Source: a virus
Lineage: Duplodnaviria > Caudoviricetes
Virus record (IMG/VR): IMGVR_UViG_3300021086_000002
Location: 1 to 60,371 of that record
Length of the DNA: 60,371 nt
Direction: 5' to 3' (one strand)
Shown here: positions 18,404-28,041 of the stretch, one piece after another
Position numbering within the stretch: the stretch's first letter is position 1
Layout of the letters: the number at the start of each line of letters is the position of its first letter
Position numbers and translations under genes: made by a program
Notes under the pieces: generated by a model
The model's database searches: none
Seen by the model: the letters and a program-made list of their open reading frames with translations, nothing else
What the model was told of the DNA's origin: nothing

Positions 18404-20403
18404 TGTCGACCATTGTCCTAACCGTGGACGATCAGCGCTCCTGGGTGCGATCGGATGTCGACTTTTCGGATGTGCTGGCCGACGCGGTCTCGATTGCGCG
18501 CACGCGGCCGGACACGGGTGCGGTGGCGTTCGTGCGCTCCGCCGGCCCGACCGGCTCAGTCACGGCGACGTACCAGCAGCTCAACTCCAATGGCGACTTC
18601 GAAACCAACATCACCGACTGGACCGCGCTGAACGGCGTGACCCTGGCGCAGTCCGCTGTGCAGGCGCACCGGGGCACGAAGTCCATGTCGATGACCACGG
18701 CGGCCACAGCGGCACCGGGAGCGGAGAGCGGGAAGTACGCGGCGATCCCCGGTCAGTCGTACGCGGTCACGGCGTGGATCAACGCCCCCGGTCTCGTCTC
18801 GCCGAGCGTGGGAATCAACTGGTACAACGCAAGCAACACCCTGATCAGCTCGACGCTGCCGGTCGCGGTCGCGGCGGTGACGGCCGGCTGGAACCTCAAA
18901 CAGCAATTCGGGACCATTACGGTGATCGCACCTCCCGGGACGGCCACGGCGTCCGTGGTGGTGCAGTACGCCACCGGGCTGTCCCCCGGCACCGGGATTG
19001 TGTTCTACCTGGACGAGGTGCGGCTGCTCTCGCTGGCATCCACCAGCAGCGTCATCCTGACCAGTGCGGTGAGTGGGTTCGCCACCGTCTACGACACCGA
19101 GATGCCGCTGGACGTGCTGCTGAGCTATGCCGCGACCGGGTACCTGATCAACGGCACGTTGGGGGTCCAGGCCGGCTCGGCGACCGCCGGCCCGGTCCAG
19201 GTGCGCACCAACGGCTACGGCTGGCTCAAGGACCCCCTGGCTCCCGCCGGCAATCAGGCGGTGACCACTGGCCGGCGCGTCTACTCCGGGGTACTGCGCG
19301 GTGCGGCGTCCGGGGGGCAGCGCGGGATCGGCTTCCTGGGCCTGCGCAGCATCTCGCGCAAGGCGTTCAGCTCCCTGCTGGATGTGAACAACCAGGCCCG
19401 ACCCGTTCCCACGTCGCGCAAGCGGGGAAGCGAGCAGGCCACCCTGGGCCTCGTGGCGCACAGCTTCGCCGATCGTGACGCGCTCCAGACCCTGCTGTCC
19501 CCCGGCAATCCGCTCCTGTTCCAGATGCCGGCCCAGTACGGCGTCACCGATCGGTACCTGGAGTTCGGCGATGAAGCACACGACGTACTGGGCCAGGACC
19601 AGAGAATGCAGGCACGCCCGTTCTCGCTGCCGCACCAGGTGGTCGACGCTCCCGCCGGTCCGGGTCAGGGCGTGCTGGGCGCTCGATACCAAGACCTGTG
19701 CAACCAGTTCGCCAGTTGGGGGCTTCTGACCGCCTCCAACGGGGGCGCCCTGGACCTGTTCGGCCGGACGGTGGGAGCCGGCTCCTGGGGATCCGCAGAC
19801 GTGGGCGGCGCGTACACCAACCCGGGCGGTGGCACCGTCACCTACTCGGTGACACCGGGGCTCGGGCTGATGAGCATCCCGTCGACCTCCAACCGGGGCC
19901 GTTCGGTGCTTTCGGTGAGTGTGCAGAACACTGAAGCGACCGTGGCAGTGAAGGTTCCCGTGGTGGCCACCGGCTCCTACATTGAGGCGTCGATCATGCT
20001 GCGCTTCGTGGACACGAACAACTACTACGCCCTGGGACTGCGGTTCGGTCTGGCCGGTGCGGTTACCGCGTTCATCCTGAAGCGGGTGGCAACCGTAGAA
20101 ACGGATATCAATGCCGTGGTGATCGCGGGGCTGACCTACGTGGCCAACTCGGTACTGCGGATAGACGCGCTGATCAGCGGCACCTCGCTCCAGGTGAAGG
20201 GCTGGCTGGATGGGACTCGCGAGCCTACCCTGTACCAGGCCATCGGCACCGACTCGGCTTTCGCGGCGGCCGGCGGTGTCGGCCTCACATCGGTGCTCAA
20301 CGGCGGCAACACCAACGCGCCGCCGGTGGTGATGAGCTTCAGCAATTTCCGGGTGGCCGGCCCGCTCACCTGGACGAAGCTGATGGACGGGGCGGCGGGC
20401 TGA
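18403..20403 (+). CDS. Minor tail protein (Dit-like, with carbohydrate-binding inserts)
   Basis: Follows the tape measure gene; NGDFE CBM-like domain; WLKDPL.P motif. Confidence 0.75.
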   Translation: MSTIVLTVDDQRSWVRSDVDFSDVLADAVSIARTRPDTGAVAFVRSAGPTGSVTATYQQLNSNGDFETNITDWTALNGVTLAQSAVQAHRGTKSMSMTTAATAAPGAESGKYAAIPGQSYAVTAWINAPGLVSPSVGINWYNASNTLISSTLPVAVAAVTAGWNLKQQFGTITVIAPPGTATASVVVQYATGLSPGTGIVFYLDEVRLLSLASTSSVILTSAVSGFATVYDTEMPLDVLLSYAATGYLINGTLGVQAGSATAGPVQVRTNGYGWLKDPLAPAGNQAVTTGRRVYSGVLRGAASGGQRGIGFLGLRSISRKAFSSLLDVNNQARPVPTSRKRGSEQATLGLVAHSFADRDALQTLLSPGNPLLFQMPAQYGVTDRYLEFGDEAHDVLGQDQRMQARPFSLPHQVVDAPAGPGQGVLGARYQDLCNQFASWGLLTASNGGALDLFGRTVGAGSWGSADVGGAYTNPGGGTVTYSVTPGLGLMSIPSTSNRGRSVLSVSVQNTEATVAVKVPVVATGSYIEASIMLRFVDTNNYYALGLRFGLAGAVTAFILKRVATVETDINAVVIAGLTYVANSVLRIDALISGTSLQVKGWLDGTREPTLYQAIGTDSAFAAAGGVGLTSVLNGGNTNAPPVVMSFSNFRVAGPLTWTKLMDGAAG

Positions 20404-21575
20404 TGGTCTGGAACGGGCTCAACGGCAACGGGCTGGACCCGGTGTACCGGCAGGCACTCACCGCTGGACACACCGTGTACAGCCGACTAGACGTGGTGGA
20501 CCCGTTCGGGAACGTGCTCCTCTCGGACGTGCCGTTCGGTACCGGTTCCATCCGGGCAACCTTGCAGAATCGGACTGTTCGGACCGCGACACTGACCGTT
20601 CCGCGTACCTACTTCCCGGTCACGGCATCGGGACAGGTCGATTCGACCAAGCCGTTCGCGCCGTTCGGCAACCGCCTCAGTGCCTATCGCGGGATCGTGC
20701 TTGGCAACGGACTGCCGGTCTACTTCCCGATATTCCTGGGCCGGATCGAGACCGTGAAGCTGACGAAGAACGGCGTCGTGTCAGTGACGGCCAGTGACCT
20801 GGGTGCCGACGTTGGAGACGCGGCGTTCGAGACGCCCATGGCCTCCGTCACCACCAACACCGGATACCAGGAGTTCGTCCGGCTGCTCAGCCTGCCGGGC
20901 GTGATACCAGGCTCTGGCCCGACCTTCGGCAGCTCGGATCCGGCGTACAGCAACGTGCCGGTCCTGACATGGGCGACCGATCGCGGCAAAGCCCTGGACG
21001 ATCTGGCGGCGGCCGACTCCATGATCTGGTACCCGCTGGCTGACGGCTCCTTCGTGCGCCGGCTGGTGCCATGGACCAAGTCGGGTAGAAACCCCTCTGT
21101 GTTCTTCCTGGACGGCGGGGATCAGTACGGGCTGGCGTCCACCGTTGGCCTACTCAACGACTGGACGATCACCGTCTCGCGGTCCGGCGTCGCCAACTCG
21201 GTGGTGTACGTGTCGGCTCGACAGGACGGCACCGCGCCGGCCAGCGCGATCGTGCGTGACACCGACCCGACCTCGCCGACGTTCTTCCGGGGAAATTTCG
21301 GGCGCAAGCCGACCCAGATCCAGAACCAGGCGGCGCAGACGCAGCCGCAGTGCCTCGCCGCCGCTACGTCCGCACTCAAGGCGGCCATCTCGCTGTCGGT
21401 ACCGTGGGACCCGGTCATCGTCGTGCCGGACGCGTCGCTGGAGCTGGGTGACCTGGGCCAGTTCACTGCCGACGGCATCACCTCGCAACAGGTGATCACC
21501 GGATTCGAGCTGCCAATGCGGGAGGACAGCGCGATGACGCTGCACCTGCGTGGCTACGCCCCGGTGAACCCCTGA
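20403..21575 (+). CDS. Minor tail/baseplate hub protein
   Basis: APFGNRL...RGI...LGRI...DRGKALDDLA...NSVV...FGRKP. Confidence 0.75.
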   Translation: MVWNGLNGNGLDPVYRQALTAGHTVYSRLDVVDPFGNVLLSDVPFGTGSIRATLQNRTVRTATLTVPRTYFPVTASGQVDSTKPFAPFGNRLSAYRGIVLGNGLPVYFPIFLGRIETVKLTKNGVVSVTASDLGADVGDAAFETPMASVTTNTGYQEFVRLLSLPGVIPGSGPTFGSSDPAYSNVPVLTWATDRGKALDDLAAADSMIWYPLADGSFVRRLVPWTKSGRNPSVFFLDGGDQYGLASTVGLLNDWTITVSRSGVANSVVYVSARQDGTAPASAIVRDTDPTSPTFFRGNFGRKPTQIQNQAAQTQPQCLAAATSALKAAISLSVPWDPVIVVPDASLELGDLGQFTADGITSQQVITGFELPMREDSAMTLHLRGYAPVNP

Positions 21576-21802
21576 TGGGCGCGCTGGCCCGAGAGGTCAC
21601 CGGCGTACTGGGTCAGGACATTGAGGTGACCACCGGGGTTGTCACGGCGTTCAGTGGGGCCGGCGTAACGGTGCTGGTGAACGCCGGGCGGGTTGGACCG
21701 ATCAAGCGCCTGGTGGCCGCGTATCCGTCTCCCGTGGTGGGCGACAACGTGCTGGTGGTACGGGCGAACAGCTCATGGACCGTTCTCGGAAAGATCGGGT
21801 GA
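21575..21802 (+). CDS. Small minor tail protein
   Basis: YPSPVVGDNVLV...WTVLGKI; coupled ORF. Confidence 0.7.
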   Translation: MGALAREVTGVLGQDIEVTTGVVTAFSGAGVTVLVNAGRVGPIKRLVAAYPSPVVGDNVLVVRANSSWTVLGKIG

Positions 21803-21806
21803 TCAC

Positions 21807-22358
21807 GTGCCGACCACTCCTCAGCAGGGGTTGCCGTTCCAGGCGATCACTGATCAGCCATGTGGATATGCGGTAGCGATAGGCGCCCTGGCCCTGGCCG
21901 AAGACGCGAAAGCTGCCGGCTACACAACCGACCTGAAGCGGGCTCAGGCCAACTCCTTCGTGAAGATCAGCGTCGGAAGCATTCCCGTCAATACCGACAA
22001 CACCTTCACCACCGTTGAGGTGAACCGGAATACGCAAACCGACCTGTCCGTTTTCAACGGACTCATCCTGGGTCCGGGAATGTGGATGGCGGGTGCCAAT
22101 GTGATATGGGGCGCCGGTGGTGCGGGGATCGCCAACAACGCATTCCTGTCGACCTTGAGCCCAGTTGCCTGTTTCGCATACGTACGCGACGCAAACGGTA
22201 CGCTGCCCAACATAGGGATTGGCTGGCCAAACCAGGGGGCATGTGTGACCAGTACGTTTCTGGTCACTGCCGCTTCAGCTCATGTCGCTCTGTCCTGGGG
22301 CATCTTCTCACCAACGGTCTCCGCTACCCTGTGGGCCTTTCAGATTGGGGATTTCTGA
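21807..22358 (+). CDS. Minor tail/receptor-binding-like protein
   Basis: N-terminal TTPQQGLPF anchor-like motif shared with the next two genes. Confidence 0.6.
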   Translation: MPTTPQQGLPFQAITDQPCGYAVAIGALALAEDAKAAGYTTDLKRAQANSFVKISVGSIPVNTDNTFTTVEVNRNTQTDLSVFNGLILGPGMWMAGANVIWGAGGAGIANNAFLSTLSPVACFAYVRDANGTLPNIGIGWPNQGACVTSTFLVTAASAHVALSWGIFSPTVSATLWAFQIGDF

Positions 22359-22981
22359 TGGGTCTTGTGACGCCCAATCGCGGGTACCCCTACCCGCTGC
22401 GAACAGACCTGAATGCCGGACCGGCCGACCTGGCAGCACTGGCCCTCGCCAACGACGCGGAGTACCCAACCTGGGATGCCGGATTCGTAGGCGTCACCAA
22501 GTCCCACTCCTTCCTTGCTCGCACGACGACTGCGTTGAGTGCGATCGCGTCGAACACGAACCAGCAACTTGCTTTTCAGACCATCGATTTCAGCAATGCC
22601 GGCGCCTACGACAACACGCTCATGCAGTTCAGCCAACCGGCTGGCGAGGGGCCGTCCTGGTGGGTACTTGGCGTATACCTCAATGTCAACATTCCTACCG
22701 GCACTCCAACGGCGTTGACTTACATGGGGGCTGCGATCTCATGGGTAGACTTCGATCCGGTAGCGAGCCAAGACCTGTCCGGGACAATCCAGGGCGAGAC
22801 AGTGGAGACCACTACGGGGGGCTTCTCTTCGATCAATCTTAGCGGGATTGTGATGTTTCGTGGAACGACGGGAGCGACGTTCGCCACAGTGAGCTGGGGT
22901 CACAATGACGCCGGGGCTCTTGTCACCAAGCAGGTGACGACCGGTAGTTACTTCTACGGGTTTCGACTGGGGAGTGCCTGA
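22358..22981 (+). CDS. Minor tail/receptor-binding-like protein
   Basis: TPNRGYPYP N-terminus; beta-sandwich C-terminus. Confidence 0.6.
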   Translation: MGLVTPNRGYPYPLRTDLNAGPADLAALALANDAEYPTWDAGFVGVTKSHSFLARTTTALSAIASNTNQQLAFQTIDFSNAGAYDNTLMQFSQPAGEGPSWWVLGVYLNVNIPTGTPTALTYMGAAISWVDFDPVASQDLSGTIQGETVETTTGGFSSINLSGIVMFRGTTGATFATVSWGHNDAGALVTKQVTTGSYFYGFRLGSA

Positions 22982-23565
22982 TGCCACAGACACCGAACAA
23001 GCTTCTTCGGTATCCCTCGCCGGCTGAGTATCCGCTAGGTGATGTGAACATTGAGCGGCTTGCCTTCGACATGGACACCGCTGACACTGCCGAGGATGTG
23101 CTGCGTACGGCGGCGCTTCGACGCCCCCGGGCGTCGATCTACCAGGCGACCGCCACACAGAGCATTGCCAAGAACACCGTGGTCACATTGACGGGATTCG
23201 ACACGGTTGTCTATGACAACAATGCTCAGGTGAACCTCGGCGTGAACAGTGACCGGATCACCTGCAAGACCGCTGGCCTGTACTACGTGCGCGGAGGAGT
23301 CACGTTGGCGACTCCAACCACTCCCAGCCCGGCTGCGGGGGCCGCGATCGAGGCAACGCTGGCGGTCAACGGCACGCAGCGCCTGGCTGAAAAGGTGTAC
23401 GCCATCAACTCCAGCGCGCAGCGTCCGTCCGTGCGGGGCTCGATGCTGCTGGCGGTCAACGACATTGTCACCGCTCGAATCTTCTGGACGGCCACCAACC
23501 CGGCCGGCCCTCTCACTTCCAGTGCCGGCATTCTGGAGATCTTCATGTTGTGCACCAACCCCTGA
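22981..23565 (+). CDS. Minor tail/receptor-binding-like protein (C1q/TNF-like head)
   Basis: TPNKLLRYP N-terminus; FDTVVYD...TAGLYYV...LAVNDIV. Confidence 0.6.
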   Translation: MPQTPNKLLRYPSPAEYPLGDVNIERLAFDMDTADTAEDVLRTAALRRPRASIYQATATQSIAKNTVVTLTGFDTVVYDNNAQVNLGVNSDRITCKTAGLYYVRGGVTLATPTTPSPAAGAAIEATLAVNGTQRLAEKVYAINSSAQRPSVRGSMLLAVNDIVTARIFWTATNPAGPLTSSAGILEIFMLCTNP

Positions 23566-23603
23566 CAGACTCCGGGTACGCTGCGGGCAGAAGGGGAGGT
23601 CAG

Positions 23604-24455
23604 ATGACCATCACGAACTACGACGAGTGGGTGCGCGACGGCTCGCCCTGGCATCCGGCGAAGCCGATCGCGGACCTTGCCGAGACGCTGCGCAAGCACG
23701 GGGTCACGGTGTACGTGATCGGCGCGGTGGACACGCACCTGAACATTGCGACCCCGGAGGATCACGCGCCGTTCAGTCACACGCCGTGGCCGGGGTCGCA
23801 GCCGTACCCGGCTGTGCTGGCTGAGGACTTCATGCCCGGTGCCGGCTACGACTGGCGGGAGCTGGGCCGGCGGATCGTCGCGGACAAGCTGGCCGGCGTG
23901 CACGGCACCGAGTGGATCAAGTACATCAACTGGACTGACGCGGACGGAAACTGCTGGCACGACTCCTGGCAGCCCGATCACGAGCGGCGTGCGTCCACCG
24001 ACCGTGGCCACGTCCACATCAGCGGGCGCACGGACTACGTCGACAGTGACGTTGCGATCAACTACGACCCCCTGGCCTTTGCGCCGATCTCGAACCCGAC
24101 GCCAGGTGGTGGTGACTCCGGCAAGCTGGCGGAAGACGGTCAGCTCGGGCCGCTCACGATCAGAGTCTGGCAACGGCGCATGGGCACTCCGATGGATGGC
24201 GTGATCACCGCGCCGTGGACAAACCCGCCGGGCAAGTCGTCGCTGGTGATGGCGGTCCAGCGGTACCTCAACCAGCAGATCCACGCTGGCCTGTCCGTGG
24301 ACGGCGTGGGCATCCGTCAGGACGGCCGGTCGGTCTTCGCTACCACCCGTGCGCTTCAGCGGTACCTCGGCACGCCGTCGGATGGCGTGCTCGGCTCGCC
24401 GGTCTCGCAGGTGGTCCGGTCGCTTCAGCGGCACCTCAACGACCAGACATTCTGA
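23604..24455 (+). CDS. Endolysin (putative Zn peptidase plus peptidoglycan-binding domain)
   Basis: EDH...HVHIS catalytic-like motif; LAEDGQLGPLT and LQRYLG..DG repeats; upstream of membrane-protein genes. Confidence 0.75.
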   Translation: MTITNYDEWVRDGSPWHPAKPIADLAETLRKHGVTVYVIGAVDTHLNIATPEDHAPFSHTPWPGSQPYPAVLAEDFMPGAGYDWRELGRRIVADKLAGVHGTEWIKYINWTDADGNCWHDSWQPDHERRASTDRGHVHISGRTDYVDSDVAINYDPLAFAPISNPTPGGGDSGKLAEDGQLGPLTIRVWQRRMGTPMDGVITAPWTNPPGKSSLVMAVQRYLNQQIHAGLSVDGVGIRQDGRSVFATTRALQRYLGTPSDGVLGSPVSQVVRSLQRHLNDQTF

Positions 24456-24523
24456 TCGGCTGGATAGCACCGCTTCCCGTGACATGGTTACCCTGAGTCA
24501 ACGGTCACGGGAGGCGGTGTCGG

Positions 24524-24829
24524 TTGGACATCTGGGGGACAGCGTGGGCACAACTGGGCGCGGTTGGCCTGCTGGGCGTCGTGTTCCTGCTGTTGTTCAC
24601 GGGCAGGCTGCTACCTCGTTCGCTGGTCAGGGAGACGCTAGACCGAGCGGAACGCTCGGTAACGGCGGCCGACCAGCGGGCGGAGGACAGCCGGAAGGCC
24701 GCCGAGTTGGCCGATCAGCGGGCGGATCTCTACAGGGATACGATGCGGGAAATGCTGCGCTCCATCCAGAGCGTGGAGCGCCTGGTTGGAGCGCTCGGCC
24801 CTGGCGACCGGAGGGACGCGATTGGATGA
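24524..24829 (+). CDS. Holin-like membrane protein
   Basis: N-terminal TM, GRLLPR, then coiled coil. Confidence 0.6.
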   Translation: MDIWGTAWAQLGAVGLLGVVFLLLFTGRLLPRSLVRETLDRAERSVTAADQRAEDSRKAAELADQRADLYRDTMREMLRSIQSVERLVGALGPGDRRDAIG

Positions 24830-25029
24830 GGTGGTGGCGCTGGCTACTGCGGCAACCCAGGCGCACAGTCCTGAACGGTGACTACGTCCAGAAGCAGGCG
24901 GCGGTGGCGGAAGAACTCCGGGTACAGCAGCGCAAGCTGGCCGAGGCTCGCTCGACCGGGCGCGAGGTTATCCGGCGCGCGGACTCCCTGGGTGCCGCGA
25001 TCGAGCGGACCCTGCGGAGCACCCGGTGA
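24826..25029 (+). CDS. Lysis-cassette small protein
   Basis: ATGA overlap; MRWWRW start. Confidence 0.55.
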   Translation: MRWWRWLLRQPRRTVLNGDYVQKQAAVAEELRVQQRKLAEARSTGREVIRRADSLGAAIERTLRSTR

Positions 25030-25379
25030 TCTCGTCGTCCTGGCTGGTGACCTTCGGCAACATCCTGGTGGTGATCTCCGCCGTGGAGGCGACGCTGTTC
25101 TGCGTGCTGTACCACCTCAGCTCCCCCTGGTGGCTGCGCCCGATCGGGCGCATTGTGATGGGCCTCGTCGGCTCGCTGGCGGCCGTGCTCGACCTGTCGG
25201 TGCTCCGGCTCCTCACCGGCTCCACGCTGGACACCCCGTGGTGGCTGGGTCTGCGGACTGTCGTGTTCACCGGTGTTCCGGCGGCGCTCGGGTGGCTTAT
25301 CGTCATCCTCATCCGGAGTCAGATTCTGGTCCGGAGAGTTCCACCTGAAGGGGGAGAGAATGAAGATCCTCGGACGTGA
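25026..25379 (+). CDS. Holin-like protein (3 TM)
   Basis: Three hydrophobic segments; PWW...GR motif. Confidence 0.6.
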   Translation: MISSSWLVTFGNILVVISAVEATLFCVLYHLSSPWWLRPIGRIVMGLVGSLAAVLDLSVLRLLTGSTLDTPWWLGLRTVVFTGVPAALGWLIVILIRSQILVRRVPPEGGENEDPRT

Positions 25380-25722
25380 CCCGGCGCTCCTGCTCATGCT
25401 GCTAGTGCTGATCATCCAGAACCTGGGTGCCTTCGCGTTCCACTGGCAGCCCACCCTGGAGGCGTGGATCATCGCGGCCATGACTGCCGCGTGGGGCGTG
25501 GTCGTCGCGCTGATCGTGCACGATGGCCAGGTGGCGGCCATCCTCGGCTTCGTCAAGGCGACCGTTGCCCTCGTGGTCGGCCTCGGCGTGCACTGGACGT
25601 CCGGCCAGCAAGCCCTGCTGATGTCCCTCGTCGTCGTGCTGCTGGCCGTTGTGACCCGGACCCAGGTACAGGCTCCGGTGTCCGGCCCCCTCCCGCCACC
25701 GGCCCTCGTGGTGGCTCCGTAG
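25360..25722 (+). CDS. Holin-like protein (4 TM)
   Basis: MKILGRDPAL...TRTQV; RBS GGAGAG. Confidence 0.65.
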   Translation: MKILGRDPALLLMLLVLIIQNLGAFAFHWQPTLEAWIIAAMTAAWGVVVALIVHDGQVAAILGFVKATVALVVGLGVHWTSGQQALLMSLVVVLLAVVTRTQVQAPVSGPLPPPALVVAP

Positions 25723-25751
25723 CTGCGCGCTCGCCTGCCTGCCGCGCGCAG

Positions 25752-25793
25752 ACGAGCCCCCCGACCCTTCGTCCGCTCAGTCGGGGGGCTCGT
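25752..25793. terminator. Terminator between the convergent late and leftward operons
   Basis: ACGAGCCCCCCGAC / GTCGGGGGGCTCGT. Confidence 0.75.
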
Positions 25794-25804
25794 TCATGTC
25801 CCTG

Positions 25805-26206
25805 CTACCGGGGCGCTGGTGCTCGCTGGGGTCGGATCAGCCGCAGGACGACGTCGCGTAGAGGTATATCCGTCAGGATGTCTGGGCTGTCCAGCGCGGA
25901 GATGACCTCCATCCGTATTTCTTCCGAGCCCACCATGGCCTCTATGGAGATGCGCCAGCGTGTCGGCAGTTCCGGAGCCAGCGGGGACAGAGTCACCATG
26001 GCGGTCCCGAACGTTCCGAACGTGTCGGGGCATCCGAACTTTCGGCGCTGCTTCAGCTCCAGGATGAGGTCATGCGCGCCAAGCAGAACCGGAAAGTCTG
26101 GCTGGATCGGGAACGGTCCGATGGTGAGCGGGCGCAGTGCGGCGGCCATCGCGCGAAGTTCCGGCGCATTGCGTACCACCGGGGCGATGTGCTGGATGCC
26201 CATCAC
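25805..26206 (-). CDS. Hypothetical protein
   Basis: Last gene of the leftward coupled operon. Confidence 0.55.
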   Translation of the reverse strand: MMGIQHIAPVVRNAPELRAMAAALRPLTIGPFPIQPDFPVLLGAHDLILELKQRRKFGCPDTFGTFGTAMVTLSPLAPELPTRWRISIEAMVGSEEIRMEVISALDSPDILTDIPLRDVVLRLIRPQRAPAPR

Positions 26207-26414
26207 TTTTCACCCAGTTTCTGGTCGCGGATCCATCGACGAACGGCGCGCTTCGTGGCGTTGTTGGCCAGAGGGTCGTAGTCGTGGGTCAGTTTTTCGA
26301 GTATGTGGAGCAGCGCGAGCTGGGCTGCTCCACATACTCGATGTCCAGCATGGCGAAGTCGAGGTCTTCGTAGATCTCCTCCTCCGGTTCCGGGGACTTG
26401 TCGGAGACACTCAC
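26203..26414 (-). pseudogene. Frameshifted VRRWxxDQ-family gene
   Basis: The N-half (IYEDLD) and C-half (LHILEKL...VRRWIRDQ) are in different frames; the shift falls within an 18-bp perfect inverted repeat (26297-26341). Confidence 0.55.
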
Positions 26415-26719
26415 TCAAACCACGTTTCCCCGGTAACGGCATCTCGGTATTGCGTTCGTTTCGGCGTGCTGGGCAAGCCGCTAGGTATGCCACGGTCCAG
26501 GGGCCGACCGCTAGGTATGCCACGGTCCAGGGGCCGGGCCTGGTCACGCAGCCAACGGCGAACGGTCTGTCGTGCGAATCCCGAGTCGTCGGTAAACGGC
26601 GTGTCACTCAGCGCCTCAAGCACGCGGATAAACACGGATGTGTCTGCGACCATGACTGATCCGACGATCTCGGCCAGTGTGTCGAGGTCTTCGTACAGGT
26701 CGCTCTGCTTCTGGTCCAT
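26411..26719 (-). CDS. Hypothetical protein, VRRWxxDQ family
   Basis: LYEDLD...IRVLEAL...VRRWLRDQ; contains a 30-bp tandem duplication. Confidence 0.6.
   Translation of the reverse strand: MDQKQSDLYEDLDTLAEIVGSVMVADTSVFIRVLEALSDTPFTDDSGFARQTVRRWLRDQARPLDRGIPSGRPLDRGIPSGLPSTPKRTQYRDAVTGETWFE
26478..26536. repeat. 30-bp tandem duplication
   Basis: CCGCTAGGTATGCCACGGTCCAGGGGCCG occurs twice (RPLDRGIPSG x2). Confidence 0.9.
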
Positions 26720-26943
26720 CACAGCACGATCCTTTCCTCGATCGCGTAGTTGACGCCCATGCCGTTGACGTGCAACTGGCTGTCGGTCCATTCGTAGAAG
26801 AACCTGTCGTCACCATCAGCGATGTGCCGTTCGTACTTGTACCGTTCGACGGCGCTCCGCTGAGCGTGCTCCTTCGTTCCGAAGATCAGGTCATGCAGGC
26901 CAACCTTATCGTTCCAGCGGAGCTGGAAGACGATCTTACTCAT
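26719..26943 (-). CDS. Hypothetical protein
   Basis: MSKIVFQ start; RBS GGGGAG; coupled ORF. Confidence 0.55.
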   Translation of the reverse strand: MSKIVFQLRWNDKVGLHDLIFGTKEHAQRSAVERYKYERHIADGDDRFFYEWTDSQLHVNGMGVNYAIEERIVL

Positions 26944-27200
26944 CGGTCTTCTCCCCCTTCCAGCCTGTCCAGCGCTCGCGCCAGTACCGGCATCGCGTTC
27001 CGAACGGTCTCCTGGGCCAGCAGGTGCCACACCGGGCGAACCCCGTAGTGCGTCCAGGCCCGGCGTGCCGCCTCGGCCGCCGGGAGGTGGTCGTACTGGT
27101 GCGGGCCCTCCATCGTGACTGGAGTGCGGATCTCGTGGAAAGTGCACCGTGGCTCCGGCAATGCTGGCGCCACGGTGCGTGAACGACGACGGAAGATCAC
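26940..27200 (-). CDS. Hypothetical protein
   Basis: GTGA-coupled; AARRAW...MPVLARALDRL. Confidence 0.55.
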   Translation of the reverse strand: MIFRRRSRTVAPALPEPRCTFHEIRTPVTMEGPHQYDHLPAAEAARRAWTHYGVRPVWHLLAQETVRNAMPVLARALDRLEGGEDR

Positions 27201-27616
27201 AGTCCTGATACCCCCTCCGGATGGTCGGAACAGCCGAAGCGGTGTGCGCCGGCCTCGTTGACGAGGCAGCCGCAGGCCCAGGCGGTCCGGCGCTGGCCGT
27301 CTGGCGTGAGGAGGGCCGTCTCCTCGCAGGCCCAGGCGAACAGGGTTGCCAGGTTGATGGCGGCCAGGGCCTCCGGCTCGGCGCTGGCCTGGTCGTCCCA
27401 GGCGATGCCCTGGCGGTACAGCACGACATACTGCTCTGCGTGTGGCTCGTCGTCGCCGCGAGTGCCGTACCACATGGCCGGCGCCATGGCATTGTCGAAG
27501 TCCTGCCCGAAGACCCGGGCGCTGACCCCCTGCTCGTCGGGCTCGTGCCAGTCGGGCCGGACCCTCAGCTCGGTCGCCAGTTCCACAAGCTGGTGGCGGG
27601 TCGTGATGCGCTTCAT
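27197..27616 (-). CDS. Hypothetical protein
   Basis: VRPDWHEPDEQGV...FDNA...INLATLFAWA; RBS GGAGG. Confidence 0.65.
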   Translation of the reverse strand: MKRITTRHQLVELATELRVRPDWHEPDEQGVSARVFGQDFDNAMAPAMWYGTRGDDEPHAEQYVVLYRQGIAWDDQASAEPEALAAINLATLFAWACEETALLTPDGQRRTAWACGCLVNEAGAHRFGCSDHPEGVSGL

Positions 27617-28041
27617 AATGAGGTACCTCCAGGCTTCGGGCCGCACTTGCTTGCATGCCGGTACGCCGCGCCCGGACTGGCCGGGTAGACGGTGTGGACG
27701 CTGGCCGCGATCGGCTCGCTGTCCGGGAAACCCAGTCGGCGTAGCGTCAGCGTGTCGCTGTCACGGTGCAGGACGATCCACTCCGGGAAGTAACCCTCGC
27801 CCTGGAGAACTGTCGAGCGGATCGAGTGGGGTCCGCCGTTGATGAACCTGACCCGGGTGTCGGTACCGCCGGGCACGCCGCGCGGCTGCGGGTTGAACCC
27901 GTGCATCAGCGACCACTGGTGCTTGGGGCACAGGTACTCGCCGCCGAAGCTGGGCGAGTTGTGGCCGAGGTGGTGTCCGCCGCCGGCCGCGCAGGCGCGG
28001 AAGATCCCAGTGGGCAGGAGGTAGGACGCGTCGGTCGTCAC
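27613..28041 (-). CDS. Hypothetical protein
   Basis: Coupled ORF. Confidence 0.55.
   Translation of the reverse strand: MTTDASYLLPTGIFRACAAGGGHHLGHNSPSFGGEYLCPKHQWSLMHGFNPQPRGVPGGTDTRVRFINGGPHSIRSTVLQGEGYFPEWIVLHRDSDTLTLRRLGFPDSEPIAASVHTVYPASPGAAYRHASKCGPKPGGTSL

Noticed and set aside
7517-19692. Long antisense ORFs over structural genes (e.g. 7517-8674, 14245-15657, 16823-18121)
   Set aside because: Expected shadows of high-GC coding sequence; no motifs.
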